A stretch of 64,000 nucleotides of DNA from Candidatus Bathyarchaeota archaeon (GTDB lineage: Archaea; Thermoproteota; Bathyarchaeia; Bathyarchaeales; Bathycorpusculaceae): assembly GCA_963767735.1 (NCBI GenBank), contig CAVYES010000005.1, positions 384,001 through 448,000 of the forward strand, given 5' to 3'. The translations under genes and the position numbers were made by a program. Shown piece after piece: positions 9,523-19,363 of the stretch (position 1 is its first letter; each line of letters opens with the position of its first letter). The notes beneath the pieces are model-generated. The model made no database searches. It was not told where the DNA came from and saw nothing but the letters and a program-made list of their open reading frames with translations.

Positions 9523-10611
9523 ATGGCTGAAAACCTAAAATTCAGAAACCCCGAACTTGCACACAATATAGCGTCCAAAATCCAAAGTTTGGCGCCGAAG
9601 GCTGGAAAAATAAAAATCTGCCATGTCTGCGGGACCCACGAGTGGACAATTACGCATTTTGGTTTGCGCAGTCTTTTACCCCAGAACGTTGAGGTTATTG
9701 CTGGTCCCGGCTGTCCCGTTTGCATTGTGCCAGCGGCTGAAATTGATGAAGCCGTACAGCTAGCCCAGATGGGCATCGTGGTTACATGTTTCGGTGACGT
9801 GCTGCGAGTGCCAGGAAGCAAAATGTCGCTTCTAGAAGCTAAAGCGGCTGGCGCTGACGTCAGAATTGTATATGCAACTTCCGACGCGGTGGAAATGGCA
9901 AAACATGAGCCTCAGAAGCAGTTTGCGTTTTTCGCTGTAGGTTTCGAAACCACGGCTCCATCAACAGCTGTTGAAGCACTCGGCAACCCACCAAAAAACC
10001 TCAGTTTTCTCGTTTCTCACCGTTTGATTCCCCCAGCTATGGAGCTGCTGCTCGGCGTGGGCGACTTGGAGATTGACGGTTTCATTGCGCCAGGACATGT
10101 GAGCGCCATTATCGGACTTAAGCCCTATGAGCTGTTTCCTAGGGTTTATCGGATGCCCACAGTTGTGGCTGGTTTTGAGCCTATTGATGTTTTGATGTCT
10201 GTTTACATGATTGTGAAGCAGTACAGCGAAGGGTCAGCTAAGCTGGAGAATGAGTATCCGCGTGTGGTTAAGCCTGAAGGCAACCCAAAGGCGCTGGAAA
10301 TAATGAATCAAGCATTCACTGTTACTGGCGGCAACTGGCGTGGAATCGGTAGGCTTCCAGACTCCGCATTGCAGCTACGTGAATCACTTGCAGATTACGA
10401 TGCACGATTAAAGTTTAACGTTCATGTAGAGCAGGGCAAAGATATCCTGCTTGGCTGCGAATGCCACCTCGTCATCATCGGAAAAATCAAGCCCGCCCAG
10501 TGCCCCATGTTCCTCAAAGCCTGCACACCCGAAAAACCCGTCGGCGCATGCATGGTCAGCAGCGAAGGCACCTGCAGGGTCTGGGCAAAAAACGTAGCCG
10601 TCGAGGCGTAG
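9523..10611 (+). CDS. hypD: Hydrogenase maturation protein HypD
   Basis: CGTH, GPGCPVC, GFETT, PGHVS and CMVSSEGTC. Confidence 0.97.
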   Translation: MAENLKFRNPELAHNIASKIQSLAPKAGKIKICHVCGTHEWTITHFGLRSLLPQNVEVIAGPGCPVCIVPAAEIDEAVQLAQMGIVVTCFGDVLRVPGSKMSLLEAKAAGADVRIVYATSDAVEMAKHEPQKQFAFFAVGFETTAPSTAVEALGNPPKNLSFLVSHRLIPPAMELLLGVGDLEIDGFIAPGHVSAIIGLKPYELFPRVYRMPTVVAGFEPIDVLMSVYMIVKQYSEGSAKLENEYPRVVKPEGNPKALEIMNQAFTVTGGNWRGIGRLPDSALQLRESLADYDARLKFNVHVEQGKDILLGCECHLVIIGKIKPAQCPMFLKACTPEKPVGACMVSSEGTCRVWAKNVAVEA

Positions 10612-10686
10612 GTCGCATTTTTTGTGGTTGAAAATTGGCACAAAAAATAGGTAGGGCTATAGGTGGGCGTTGCTGGTTCAGGGTTT

Positions 10687-10720
10687 GTTTTGAGTTGATT
10701 TTTTGGTTCAGCGTTTAAAT
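10687..10720 (+). repeat. Dispersed ~34-bp intergenic motif, copy 1
   Basis: GTTTTGAGTTGATTTTTTGGTTCAGCGTTTAAAT; 27/34 identical to 40626..40659. Confidence 0.55.
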
Positions 10721-10820
10721 TCTTGGCGGCTTGATTGGCGCCTCTACAAATAATGAGGCTTTTGACTGACGAAGCAAATTTGGGACATCTAGACAATCCA
10801 AATAGACTTTAGACCTCAAC

Positions 10821-10843
10821 CTACGCACCCTGCGTAGAAAAAA
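10821..10843 (-). terminator. Hairpin and T-tract between convergent hypD and hypE
   Basis: CTACGCA-CCC-TGCGTAG next to an A6 run (T-tract on the minus strand), just past the hypE stop. Confidence 0.35.
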
Positions 10844-10858
10844 TAAACTGCAAACATG

Positions 10859-11926
10859 TTAGCAGATTCTCGGCACTGGATCGCCTATGGGCCGTGCGAT
10901 TATCCTTTTGCCGCCGACCAAGGTTTGCATTGCCACGCCTTTAAACTGAGTTGTAGTTTCGCCGATTATCTGAGCGTTTTTGCCCTCATCCGTCTGCTTC
11001 AAAAACTCCAGTGCTTCTTGCGCCTTTTCCGCGACGACGCCGATTATGTATTTGCCCTCATTTCCAACTTCCAACGGGTCTAACCCAAGCATATCGCATG
11101 CTGTTTGAACGTCCTTTCGAATGGGAACTTTGTCTTCATATGTTAAAATGCCAACTTTGGATTTTTCAGCCCACTCATTAAGGGCATCAGCCAAACCGCC
11201 ACGAGTGGGATCTTTTACAGCAATAACCCCCCCTATTTGCGCGAATAATTGCTGAAGCATGCGATTTAATGGTCTTACATCGGATTTTATTTCGCTTCCA
11301 AAAGTCAGGCCCTGCTGAGCCGAAAGCACAGCTAATCCGTGGTCGCCGATTGTGCCTGTTAAGATGATTTTGTCGCCTGCCACCAAATTTGAGTCAAGTG
11401 TCCAGCGCGAGGTGACGCTTCGGTATTGCCTCGCGACTTTGATGTTGCTGTCTAAGTCCGGAGTTCTTTTGCCGATTCCTGAAACATTCATGACCAAACC
11501 GCCTAAGCTGCCCTTCTCCACCACCTTCGTATCGCCCGTAACGATGCCGACGCCTGCTTCAATGCAGGTTTCCCGCATACTCACCAAAATCCGCTCCAAA
11601 TCCGAAAGCAGCAAACCTTCCTCCAAAATAAACCCGCAAGCCAAAGCATAAGGCATCGCGCCCATAGCCGAAATATCGTTAACCGTGCCTGAAACTGCCA
11701 AGCGTCCAATGTCGCCGCCTGGGAAAAAAATTGGCTTAACTGCGTGGGAATCGCTCTTAAACACTATGTCGCCGATTACTGCAGCGTCATCCATCGCCTC
11801 TAGCGGCACCTCAGCAGCGTTGCCTATACCGCCGAAATATTTTACAATGTAGTTTTTGACCAAGTTATGCATGACTGTGCCGCCCGCGCCATGCAGCATC
11901 GTGATTTTCTCGTTTTTACCAGACAT
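10859..11926 (-). CDS. hypE: Carbamoyl dehydratase HypE
   Basis: HGAGG, GDTKVV, DPTRGG, NEG and the C-terminal PRIC motif. Confidence 0.97.
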   Translation of the reverse strand: MSGKNEKITMLHGAGGTVMHNLVKNYIVKYFGGIGNAAEVPLEAMDDAAVIGDIVFKSDSHAVKPIFFPGGDIGRLAVSGTVNDISAMGAMPYALACGFILEEGLLLSDLERILVSMRETCIEAGVGIVTGDTKVVEKGSLGGLVMNVSGIGKRTPDLDSNIKVARQYRSVTSRWTLDSNLVAGDKIILTGTIGDHGLAVLSAQQGLTFGSEIKSDVRPLNRMLQQLFAQIGGVIAVKDPTRGGLADALNEWAEKSKVGILTYEDKVPIRKDVQTACDMLGLDPLEVGNEGKYIIGVVAEKAQEALEFLKQTDEGKNAQIIGETTTQFKGVAMQTLVGGKRIIARPIGDPVPRIC

Positions 11927-12246
11927 TCCAAAACCGCCTTTTTAACGAGTGCAATAGCAAATACAATACAGGCAAACATATACGTTTTAGCTATAAGCAA
12001 CATCCGAATGGAAAAACGGTCAACTTTGCTAGGCAGAGAAAGATTCGAACCTGTACGTAAGTGGAGATTTCACCTGCAAATCCTAATTGTATGTGAGGTT
12101 CGAGACGCTCTGTCTCATCACCAACTAGTTTCTGTTGGTATAGCGCGGCGCGTCTTCCTTCGCATATTTTATGAATAAATATTTGGGGACAAATAAGACA
12201 TGAATTAGGTGAGCTACAATAGCAAATCAGAAGGTAACTGAGAGAG

Positions 12247-12486
12247 TTATTTGATTATTTCGCCGATTGCCGTTTTTTCGCCGACTTGTGTTACCTTTAT
12301 TTTCACGCGGTCTCTTGGCTTGGTTTTTGGCACAATTATGATGTAGCCCCGAATTTTTGACATTCCGTCTCCGCTTGGGCATAAGTCGGTGATGTTCACT
12401 TCTAATTCCTCGCCCAACTCGACGGGGGGTTGCTTCTTAGTATAGTTGATTTTGTATTGTCCGCCTCGTACTCTTCTGTGAACCAC
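12247..12486 (-). CDS. Single TRAM-domain RNA-binding protein
   Basis: PPVELGEELEVNI...GDGMSKIRGYIIIVP...KIKVTQV. Confidence 0.85.
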   Translation of the reverse strand: MVHRRVRGGQYKINYTKKQPPVELGEELEVNITDLCPSGDGMSKIRGYIIIVPKTKPRDRVKIKVTQVGEKTAIGEIIK

Positions 12487-12585
12487 GCAAAAACCTCGCT
12501 TATTTTGTGTGGTAAATGGGGACGAGGGCTTAAGTCTTACGCAGCTTATTCCTTATTTTAATGCGGTCACACAAAGCTGTGTGAT

Positions 12586-13074
12586 TTAATTCTTGTTTAT
12601 TTCTTCATCAGCCCTAAATTCTATTTTGCCACATTTTGGGCATAAGTAAACTATTACAGGCAGTACTTCTTCTCCAAGCTTGCCCGAGTCATCGCCAGTA
12701 AGCTTTGGCTGCTGTCCACCCCATCCATCAATTCTAAACTCAGTTCTAGTCCGGGTCATCTCAACGTTACATAAAGAGCAACAAGTAACTGGGGCGTTTT
12801 TCGCTAGGCATTCTTCGGTCTTTTTGTCATCTTTAAATTCACTTTCAGCTTCAATTTTTTCAGCCTCAAGAGGTGCGGACTCACTTTCAATATTTCCCAA
12901 AAACCTGCATTTTATCGCACATTCTCGTCTAGACCAGCAGAGGTAACAACAGGTCATCTTCTCGTAGTTTTGGCATCGAACCTGCCTGCTTGCCCTCCCT
13001 TTTTCACTGTCAGAGACAGCTGAACATAATTTCTCAATTGTTGAATATTCACAACTATTCGCTAAGTCCGACAA
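12586..13074 (-). CDS. Cys-rich Zn-ribbon hypothetical protein
   Basis: N-terminal Cys cluster plus a C-terminal CSLC...VYLCPKCGKIEF ribbon. Confidence 0.7.
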   Translation of the reverse strand: MSDLANSCEYSTIEKLCSAVSDSEKGRASRQVRCQNYEKMTCCYLCWSRRECAIKCRFLGNIESESAPLEAEKIEAESEFKDDKKTEECLAKNAPVTCCSLCNVEMTRTRTEFRIDGWGGQQPKLTGDDSGKLGEEVLPVIVYLCPKCGKIEFRADEEINKN

Positions 13075-13190
13075 ATTGCTTTCTTCCTACTGCACAACCC
13101 AAATTACAGTTTTGCCTATGTGTGTTTTGGTCGGAAAACAAAAAACATTGCCGCTTCTTTTCCATGCCTGAATTCACGTAACCGCGCGTT

Positions 13191-13261
13191 ATCAGTGAGG
13201 CGGGCAGGGAGGATTGGAACCTCCAACCCCAACTTAGAATGTTGGTGCCTTTTTCACTGAT
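13191..13261 (-). ncRNA. tRNA-Arg(TCT)-like element lacking the 5' acceptor strand (remnant or tRNA mimic)
   Basis: Minus strand has a perfect anticodon arm CCAAC-ATTCTAA-GTTGG and T-arm GGAGG-TTCCAAT-CCTCC followed by CTGCCCGCC. It is closed by ATCAGTG/CACTGAT plus AGGC/GCCT. Confidence 0.55.
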
Positions 13262-13442
13262 TTCAACCGTAACCGCCTGAACCGACAACACCAAAAACGA
13301 CACTATATAGTCTAATTCCTTTTTTTGGAAAAACTATAAAAGCTTAAACGCCATCCCAAAACTGTACACCTCACGCGTTCGAATTGTTCCTTCGCTGGAA
13401 CAGCAACTAGTCTGTTTAGACTAAAATCTTAGTTGTGATACG

Positions 13443-13457
13443 GAAAGCCATATAAAT
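13443..13457 (+). promoter_or_regulatory. BRE/TATA promoter of the r-protein operon
   Basis: GAAAGCCATATAAAT about 40 nt before the rpl22 ATG. Confidence 0.5.
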
Positions 13458-13495
13458 TGCTTTTACGTGTTTGTTTGCGCATCGGAGATGTAAAA

Positions 13496-13984
13496 ATGCC
13501 AAAATGGGGATACTCAATAATCAACGAAATGCTTGATCCAGAAAAAACAGCGAAAGCAAGCGGCAGAGAACTCAAAGTATCCCATAAAGCAGCAAGAGAA
13601 GTCTGCAAAGCAATCAAAGGCATGATGCTAACCGACGCAAAACAGTATTTACGGGATGTTGCAGCCAAAAAGAAGGCTGTTCCCTACACAAGGTACAACA
13701 AAAAACTGCCCCATCGCCATGGACTCGTAAACAGCTTTTGCGGAAGATACCCAATTAAAGCTTCACAGCAAATCCTCGATGTTTTAGGATCAGCGCAGTC
13801 TAACGCTGAAAATAAAGGTTTAGACGTAGACAGGTTGCGCATAATTCACGCAGCAGCCTATCAAGGCATCAAATTGAAGCGTTACATGCGAAGAGCGCAC
13901 GGTAGAGCTTCACCAAAATATGACACTACAACACATGTCGAAATAGTTCTAGACGAGAAACCCACCACTCAAGGAGAACAATAA
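13496..13984 (+). CDS. rpl22: 50S ribosomal protein uL22
   Basis: VSHKAAREVC, GRYPIKA and RAHGRA...THVEIVL. Confidence 0.96.
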   Translation: MPKWGYSIINEMLDPEKTAKASGRELKVSHKAAREVCKAIKGMMLTDAKQYLRDVAAKKKAVPYTRYNKKLPHRHGLVNSFCGRYPIKASQQILDVLGSAQSNAENKGLDVDRLRIIHAAAYQGIKLKRYMRRAHGRASPKYDTTTHVEIVLDEKPTTQGEQ

Positions 13985-14725
13985 ATGAGTATAGTCAAAC
14001 GTTTTATAACAGAATCAATCAAAAGAACAGAAATAGATGAATTTTTACAAAAAAAGCTTGACCGAGCCGGATACGGCGGAGTAAACATTTCCAAAACTCC
14101 GCTTGGAACGCATGTTGTAATTTACGCTATGCGTCCAGGTTTAGTCATCGGCAGAGGCGGAGAAACAATAAAAGAACTCGCCTCAGCCCTAGAGCAAAAC
14201 TTCAAAGTTTCCAATCCTCAAATTTCAGTTTCAGAAATCGAAGTTCCAGAATTCAACGCCTTTGTAATCGCGTCACGAGTTGCCTCAGCGCTTCAGCGAG
14301 GCGTTCACTTTAGGCGCGCAGGTTTTTGGGCATTAAACCAAGTTATGGAAGCAGGCGCACTTGGCGCTGAAATAGTTATAAGCGGAAAACTTACCACAGA
14401 ACGAGCACGTTTTGAAAAGTTCAGAGCTGGCTACTTCCCACGATGCGGAGAACCAGCTTTAGTGGCTATGAGAAAAGCTGAAGCTCATGTACAATTAAAA
14501 CCAGGCATTATCGGCGTAAGAGTAAAAATCATGCCGCCGGACGCATATTTCCCTGACAGAATCAAAATTCTCGAGGCAGCGCCCGAGGAAGAAAAAATAG
14601 CTGTTCCAACGCCAGCACCAACACCACCTCAAACTAAAGAAGAATCTCAGGCAGAGCCCGAACCAGAAGCAGAAGTGCAAGCAACAGAAATCGCAGATGA
14701 ACCAAAAGAGGAGGCAAAAAAGTAA
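13985..14725 (+). CDS. rps3: 30S ribosomal protein uS3 with acidic/Pro-rich tail
   Basis: KH domain RPGLVIGRGG and GAEIVISGKL. Confidence 0.97.
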   Translation: MSIVKRFITESIKRTEIDEFLQKKLDRAGYGGVNISKTPLGTHVVIYAMRPGLVIGRGGETIKELASALEQNFKVSNPQISVSEIEVPEFNAFVIASRVASALQRGVHFRRAGFWALNQVMEAGALGAEIVISGKLTTERARFEKFRAGYFPRCGEPALVAMRKAEAHVQLKPGIIGVRVKIMPPDAYFPDRIKILEAAPEEEKIAVPTPAPTPPQTKEESQAEPEPEAEVQATEIADEPKEEAKK

Positions 14726-15032
14726 ATGGCGAGAATGCGAATCAAAGAAATCGTCGACATGTCCCCTGAAGATAGAACAAAGCAAACTTGTTGATTTACG
14801 CGCAGAACTAGCCCGCATCAGAACCATGATTAACGCAGGCGGAGCAGTTGAAAACCCAACAAGAGTAAGAGAACTGCGAAAAACAATCGCTCAAATATTA
14901 ACAGTGGAAAACGAGAATAAATTGGGCATTAGGAAAGCCGCTAAGGAACCTGAGAAGAAACAAAAGAAAAAAGCAGAGAAGCCAGCAAAGAAGCCTAAGG
15001 CTGAAAAAGAAACTGAGGAGACTTCCCAATGA
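14726..15032 (+). CDS. rpl29: 50S ribosomal protein uL29 with Lys-rich tail (one frameshift near 14783)
   Basis: MARMRIKEIVDMSPEDRTK continues in another frame as KLVDLRAELARIR...ENPTRVRELRKTIAQILT. Confidence 0.9.
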
Positions 15033-15310
15033 AAGTAACCCCAGATATTATTCGTTATGAGTTTATTGGCACTGAAGGCAAAGTCGCCAGAAGCCCTCAT
15101 GAATGCTACGTTGGCTTAGGCGGCAAAGTCGTTGGCGAAACAAAAAACACTTTCACTTTCCTACAGGAAGGGCAAGCGAAGAGTATAATTAAAGAATCAG
15201 CCGTCTTCAACTTTAAGTTTGATGACGGCACAGTTGTAGAGATTGACGGTAAACTTTTAGTCGGCAGATCTGAGGATCGCCTTAAAAAAAGCATTAAGAG
15301 GTTATGGTAA
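15029..15310 (+). CDS. rnp1: RNase P protein component 1 (Rpp29/Pop4)
   Basis: EFIG, GKVVGETKNT and IDGKLLVGRSEDRLK; canonical position in the operon. Confidence 0.93.
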   Translation: MKVTPDIIRYEFIGTEGKVARSPHECYVGLGGKVVGETKNTFTFLQEGQAKSIIKESAVFNFKFDDGTVVEIDGKLLVGRSEDRLKKSIKRLW

Positions 15311-15630
15311 TGTCATTATCTTTTAAGCAACCTAAAAAAACATGCGATGACCGAAACTGTCCATTCCATGGGACTCTTGCAATAAGAGGGCGTGTGCTCG
15401 ACGGCATAGTCCACACGGCTAAAATGGATAAAACCGTTATAGTTGACAGAGAATTCTTACAGTTCTCATCGAAATTCCAACGGTACGAACGAAGGCACGG
15501 TCACATTGCATCCCACAACCCACCTTGTATCGATGTTAAAGAAGGCGACAGAGTAAGAATCGCCGAGTGCAGACCAGTCAGCAAAACCGTTTCTTTTGTT
15601 GTGGTTGAAAAATTAGGAGAGGAAAAGTAG
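15304..15630 (+). CDS. rps17: 30S ribosomal protein uS17
   Basis: CDDRNCPFHG and ECRPVSKTVSF. Confidence 0.96.
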   Translation: MVMSLSFKQPKKTCDDRNCPFHGTLAIRGRVLDGIVHTAKMDKTVIVDREFLQFSSKFQRYERRHGHIASHNPPCIDVKEGDRVRIAECRPVSKTVSFVVVEKLGEEK

Positions 15631-15631
15631 A

Positions 15632-16072
15632 ATGGCGGCAAAGGCAAAACAGAGAGCACTTGTAGCAAAAGGAATGCTTTCACACGGACAAAAAATTAGC
15701 CGTGGTCTTTTATCAGGTTCAGAATTAAAATGCGCCGATAACACGGGTGCACGAGTACTGCGCTTGATTCAAGCCATGGGTTATAAAGGTCGACTGCGAC
15801 GTTACCCATCTGCCACCGTAGGCGATAAAGTAACGGTTTCTGTTAGGCAAGGATCGCCTGACATGAGGAAAAAGATTTTCCAAGCAGTAATTGTTCGTCA
15901 AAGAAAAACTTTCAGACGTGTGGATGGTGTTTGGGTTCAGTTTGAAGATAACGCGGCAGTAATCATTACTCCTGACGGTGAAATGAAAGGTTCAGAAATA
16001 AGAGGTCCAGTAGCTAGAGAGGCAGCCGAAAGATGGCCAAGAATTGCAAGTGCCTCAAGCATAATAGTGTAG
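15632..16072 (+). CDS. rpl14: 50S ribosomal protein uL14
   Basis: CADNTGA, FEDNAAV and [12 protein letters not shown]. Confidence 0.97.
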   Translation: MAAKAKQRALVAKGMLSHGQKISRGLLSGSELKCADNTGARVLRLIQAMGYKGRLRRYPSATVGDKVTVSVRQGSPDMRKKIFQAVIVRQRKTFRRVDGVWVQFEDNAAVIITPDGEMKGSEIRGPVAREAAERWPRIASASSIIV

Positions 16073-16080
16073 GTGCAAAG

Positions 16081-16926
16081 ATGATGCAAGATACTAAACG
16101 AGTAAAAAATCCTGGTAAACAACGAAAAAAGCTTTTTAACGCTCCTGCTCACCTGCGTCACAAGCTTATGGCGGCTCCCCTATCAAACGAGCTTGCTGCT
16201 TCAAGAGGCGCAAAAACTCTTCCAGTAAGAAAGGGCGACACAGTTCGCATTCAACGCGGAGACAACAAGGGCTTTGAAGGCAAAGTTTCACGCGTTGACA
16301 CGAAAGTTATACCGAATCTACATTGAAGGGTTCACACGTGAAAAGGTTGATGGTACAAACATTTTCCTTCCAGTGCACCCATCCAAAGTTGAAATAAGAA
16401 ACCTCAACCTTGACGATAAATGGCGAAAAGACATTCTTGACAGAAAGAAGGAAATAGAAAAGCCTGAGAAAAAAGAAAAAGCAAAAGCAAAACCAGCAAA
16501 GAAAGTTGAAAAGGCTCCAGAGCAGCCGCAAGCAAAGGTTGAAGAGGTAGAAGAAGAAAAACCTGTTGAAGCACCGCTGTTGAAGAAAAAGCAGTAGCGC
16601 CTGAAATTGCAAAAGAAGAAGCACCAGCAGAACAAGTTCCTGAGAAAGTAGCAGAGAAGGCAGTGGAAAAAGCTCCAGCAGCAAAGAAAGCACCAGCCAA
16701 GAAGCCTGCCGCTAAAAAAGCAGCTCCAGCGAAAAAGAAGCCTGCCGAGGAAGAGGCTCCAGTAGAAGAAAAGGCGCCTGCTAAAAAAGCAGCAAAGCCA
16801 AGGGCAGCAGCAAAGAAAACAGCTGCATCGAAAGAAGCACCAGCAAAAGAGGCGGCGGCCAAGAAAACGGCGCCTAAGCCGCGTGCTAAACGTAAAACCT
16901 CTAAAGAAACTGAGGGAGGACAATAA
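16081..16926 (+). CDS. rpl24: 50S ribosomal protein uL24 with ~150-aa Lys/Ala/Glu/Pro tail (two apparent frameshifts)
   Basis: [15 protein letters not shown] and HPSKV motifs. ORFs 16033..16326, 16274..16597 and 16663..16926 join via shifts near 16305 and 16575. Confidence 0.88.
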
Positions 16927-16928
16927 TT

Positions 16929-17708
16929 TTGGGTAAAAAAGGAAAAACAGCAAGGCTGAAACGTAAGCCAGCTCCAAGGTTCTGGCCAATTCACAGAAAA
17001 GAACTGCCCTGGATAGTGAAGCCCTCATCTGGTTCTCACTCGCTCCAGAGTTGTCTACCATTAACGCTTGTTCTTCGAGACATTCTTGGCATTGCGCAAA
17101 CAAGGAAAGAAGGCAAATTGATACTTGCTCAAGGCAAAGTACAGGTTGACGGGAAAGTCAGGAAAAAAGATGATTTTCCAGTCGGCTTGATGGATGTTAT
17201 CTCCATGCCTGATGCAAACAAGTATTACCGTGTAATGCCGTCAAATAAGGGACTGGTTTTAAATCCAATAAGCAAGGAAGAAGCAAACTTCAAACTACTC
17301 CGCGTTGAAGACAAAACAACTGTTAAAAACGGCATGCAAATCGCACTTCATGACGGCTCAAACATGCTCATAAAAGTTGCAGACCCGAAAAAACCAGCAG
17401 AAGTCACATACGACACTTTTGACATTCTAAAAATCTCTTATCCAGAAAAACAAGTGGTTCTTAGCTTGAAAACCAAGGAAGGAAACTTAGCAGTGATTAC
17501 TGGCGGAAAAAACATTGGCAAACAAGGCAAAATAGTTGAAATAGAAAAGACTGAGGCTAAAAAACGAAGGCAAGCCCTAGTAGTTATAGAAGACGCGAGC
17601 GGTGTTCGTTACCAAACAATCTTAGACTTCATCTTTTCCATAGGTGAAGCTGAACCACTAATAGGTGTACACGGAGGCATCTGCAGTTGTCTGAGGAAGA
17701 AGCTTTAG
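16929..17708 (+). CDS. rps4e: 30S ribosomal protein eS4
   Basis: LKRKPAPRFWPI, VDGKVRKKDDFPVGLMDVI and ITGGKNIG. Confidence 0.96.
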   Translation: MGKKGKTARLKRKPAPRFWPIHRKELPWIVKPSSGSHSLQSCLPLTLVLRDILGIAQTRKEGKLILAQGKVQVDGKVRKKDDFPVGLMDVISMPDANKYYRVMPSNKGLVLNPISKEEANFKLLRVEDKTTVKNGMQIALHDGSNMLIKVADPKKPAEVTYDTFDILKISYPEKQVVLSLKTKEGNLAVITGGKNIGKQGKIVEIEKTEAKKRRQALVVIEDASGVRYQTILDFIFSIGEAEPLIGVHGGICSCLRKKL

Positions 17709-18229
17709 TTAAGAGCTGGGAAGAGCATCCAATGCTTAAGCCCCGAATTGAAAAAGTCGTGGTGAACCTTAACGTTGGAAAATCAGGTGAGCCACTTGAA
17801 AAAGCCAATAAAGTGCTCAAAGAAATAACGGGTCAGACGCCGGTAAAGAAAAAAGCCAAAAAAACTATCCGTGACTTTGGCATACGTGAAGGAGAATCAA
17901 TCGCTGTTGTCGTAACACTGCGAAAGCAAAAGGCAATTGATTTCCTAAAGAAAGTGTTGCCTGTCGTGGATAACAAGATTTCAAAGTCTTCTTTTGATGT
18001 GCACGGTAACTTTGCTTTCGGTCTTAAAGAGCACATTGAAATTCCAGGTGTAAAATATGACCCTGAAATAGGCATCTTTGGAATGGATATTTGTGTTTCT
18101 GTTAATCGTCCAGGGCAACGAGTGAAAATTCGACGCAAAGAGAAGCAGAGCATTGGTCACAAGCACATGTTAACACCTGAAGAATCAATTATCTTCGTCA
18201 AACAAACGTTAGGAGTCGAAATCGTTTAA
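17687..18229 (+). CDS. rpl5: 50S ribosomal protein uL5
   Basis: PRIEKVVVN and YDPEIGIFGMD. Confidence 0.97.
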   Translation: MSEEEALVKSWEEHPMLKPRIEKVVVNLNVGKSGEPLEKANKVLKEITGQTPVKKKAKKTIRDFGIREGESIAVVVTLRKQKAIDFLKKVLPVVDNKISKSSFDVHGNFAFGLKEHIEIPGVKYDPEIGIFGMDICVSVNRPGQRVKIRRKEKQSIGHKHMLTPEESIIFVKQTLGVEIV

Positions 18230-18244
18230 ACAGAGGCTGAATGT

Positions 18245-18409
18245 ATGGGAAAACAACAATTGAAGAAAACACGAAAATACGGCAAAGGTTCACGACCATG
18301 CGTCAGATGCGGCTCTTATGGGCCAGTTATTCGACGGTACAATTTATATTTATGTAGGCACTGTTTCAGGGAAGCAGCCCCAAAACTTGGGTTCAAAAAA
18401 TATGAGTAG
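18245..18409 (+). CDS. rps14: 30S ribosomal protein uS14 (Zn-binding)
   Basis: Below the ORF-track cutoff; manual translation [54 protein letters not shown]. Confidence 0.96.
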   Translation: MGKQQLKKTRKYGKGSRPCVRCGSYGPVIRRYNLYLCRHCFREAAPKLGFKKYE

Positions 18410-18422
18410 GAGCTAAAAAAAC

Positions 18423-18806
18423 ATGGACACTTTAACAAATGGTTTGATCACCATCGTAAACAATGAAATGCGAAACAAGCGTGAATGCATAATTAGTCCT
18501 GCCTCTAAACTTTTGGGGCGAGTCCTACGTATAATGCAGCTTAACGGTTACATAGGCGAATTCGAGTTTATCGACGATGGACGCTCTGGAAAATTCAAAG
18601 TTCAATTATTGGGCAGAATAAACAAGTGTGGACCAATTAAACCACGCTACCCAGCTAAAGTAGGCGAATTTGAAGATTGGGAAAAGAAGTACTTGCCCTC
18701 CAGAGACTTAGGAATAATGGTTGTTTCCACTTCAAAAGGCGTAATAGCACACAAGGATGCGGAAGAAAAGAACATTGGAGGAAGGCTGTTAGCCTTCGTG
18801 TATTAG
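18423..18806 (+). CDS. rps8: 30S ribosomal protein uS8
   Basis: [22 protein letters not shown] and GGRLLAFVY. Confidence 0.97.
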   Translation: MDTLTNGLITIVNNEMRNKRECIISPASKLLGRVLRIMQLNGYIGEFEFIDDGRSGKFKVQLLGRINKCGPIKPRYPAKVGEFEDWEKKYLPSRDLGIMVVSTSKGVIAHKDAEEKNIGGRLLAFVY

Positions 18807-18817
18807 GGGTGTAATTT

Positions 18818-19363
18818 ATGCGGCTTCCAGAAATATCTAAAACTATTCAGGTTCCTGATAACGTAGACGTCAGCCTAGAAGGCAAAAAAGTCAACGTTAA
18901 AGGTGCCAAAGGGTCCTTAACACGCGACTTTTCCTTTGTTCCAATCGCAATAGAAGGCGAAGGCAAAAATATTCGCGTTTGGGCAAAGTGGCCACGCAAA
19001 AAGGAAGCCGCTCTTGTAGGAACAATAACCTCGCACATTCAAAACATGATTACTGGAGTAACAAAAGGCTACTCATACAAACTAAAAATCGTCTTCTCGC
19101 ACTTCCCAATTTCAGTAAAGATTCAAGACAAATTTATTTTGATTGAAAACTTTACTGGTGAACGCAGGGCACGCAGAATAAAAATAATCGGCGATGTCAA
19201 AGTGAAAATTGAACCTGAAGACATCATTGTTGAAGGCGTAAACTTGGAAGATGTAAGCCAAACCGCCGCTAACATTGAACAAGCTACAAGAGTAAGAAGC
19301 AAAGATCCACGTGTTTTCCTTGACGGCATATACGTGTATGAAAGAAATGAGGGAGTTGCCTAA
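18818..19363 (+). CDS. rpl6: 50S ribosomal protein uL6
   Basis: FSHFPI and KDPRVFLDGIYV. Confidence 0.97.
   Translation: MRLPEISKTIQVPDNVDVSLEGKKVNVKGAKGSLTRDFSFVPIAIEGEGKNIRVWAKWPRKKEAALVGTITSHIQNMITGVTKGYSYKLKIVFSHFPISVKIQDKFILIENFTGERRARRIKIIGDVKVKIEPEDIIVEGVNLEDVSQTAANIEQATRVRSKDPRVFLDGIYVYERNEGVA

Noticed and set aside
12030-12116. Functional tRNA on the minus strand
   Set aside because: There is a GGTTCGAATC loop and a partial acceptor pairing, but no D-arm and weak stems; kept only as a possible scar.
16663-16926. Stand-alone histone H1-like gene
   Set aside because: The frame is open upstream to ~16575 and joins the uL24 tail with a single-base correction; no separate RBS is evident.
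16307-17103. Long antisense ORFs over rpl24/rps4e
   Set aside because: Shadow frames of low-complexity Lys/Ala/Glu codons.
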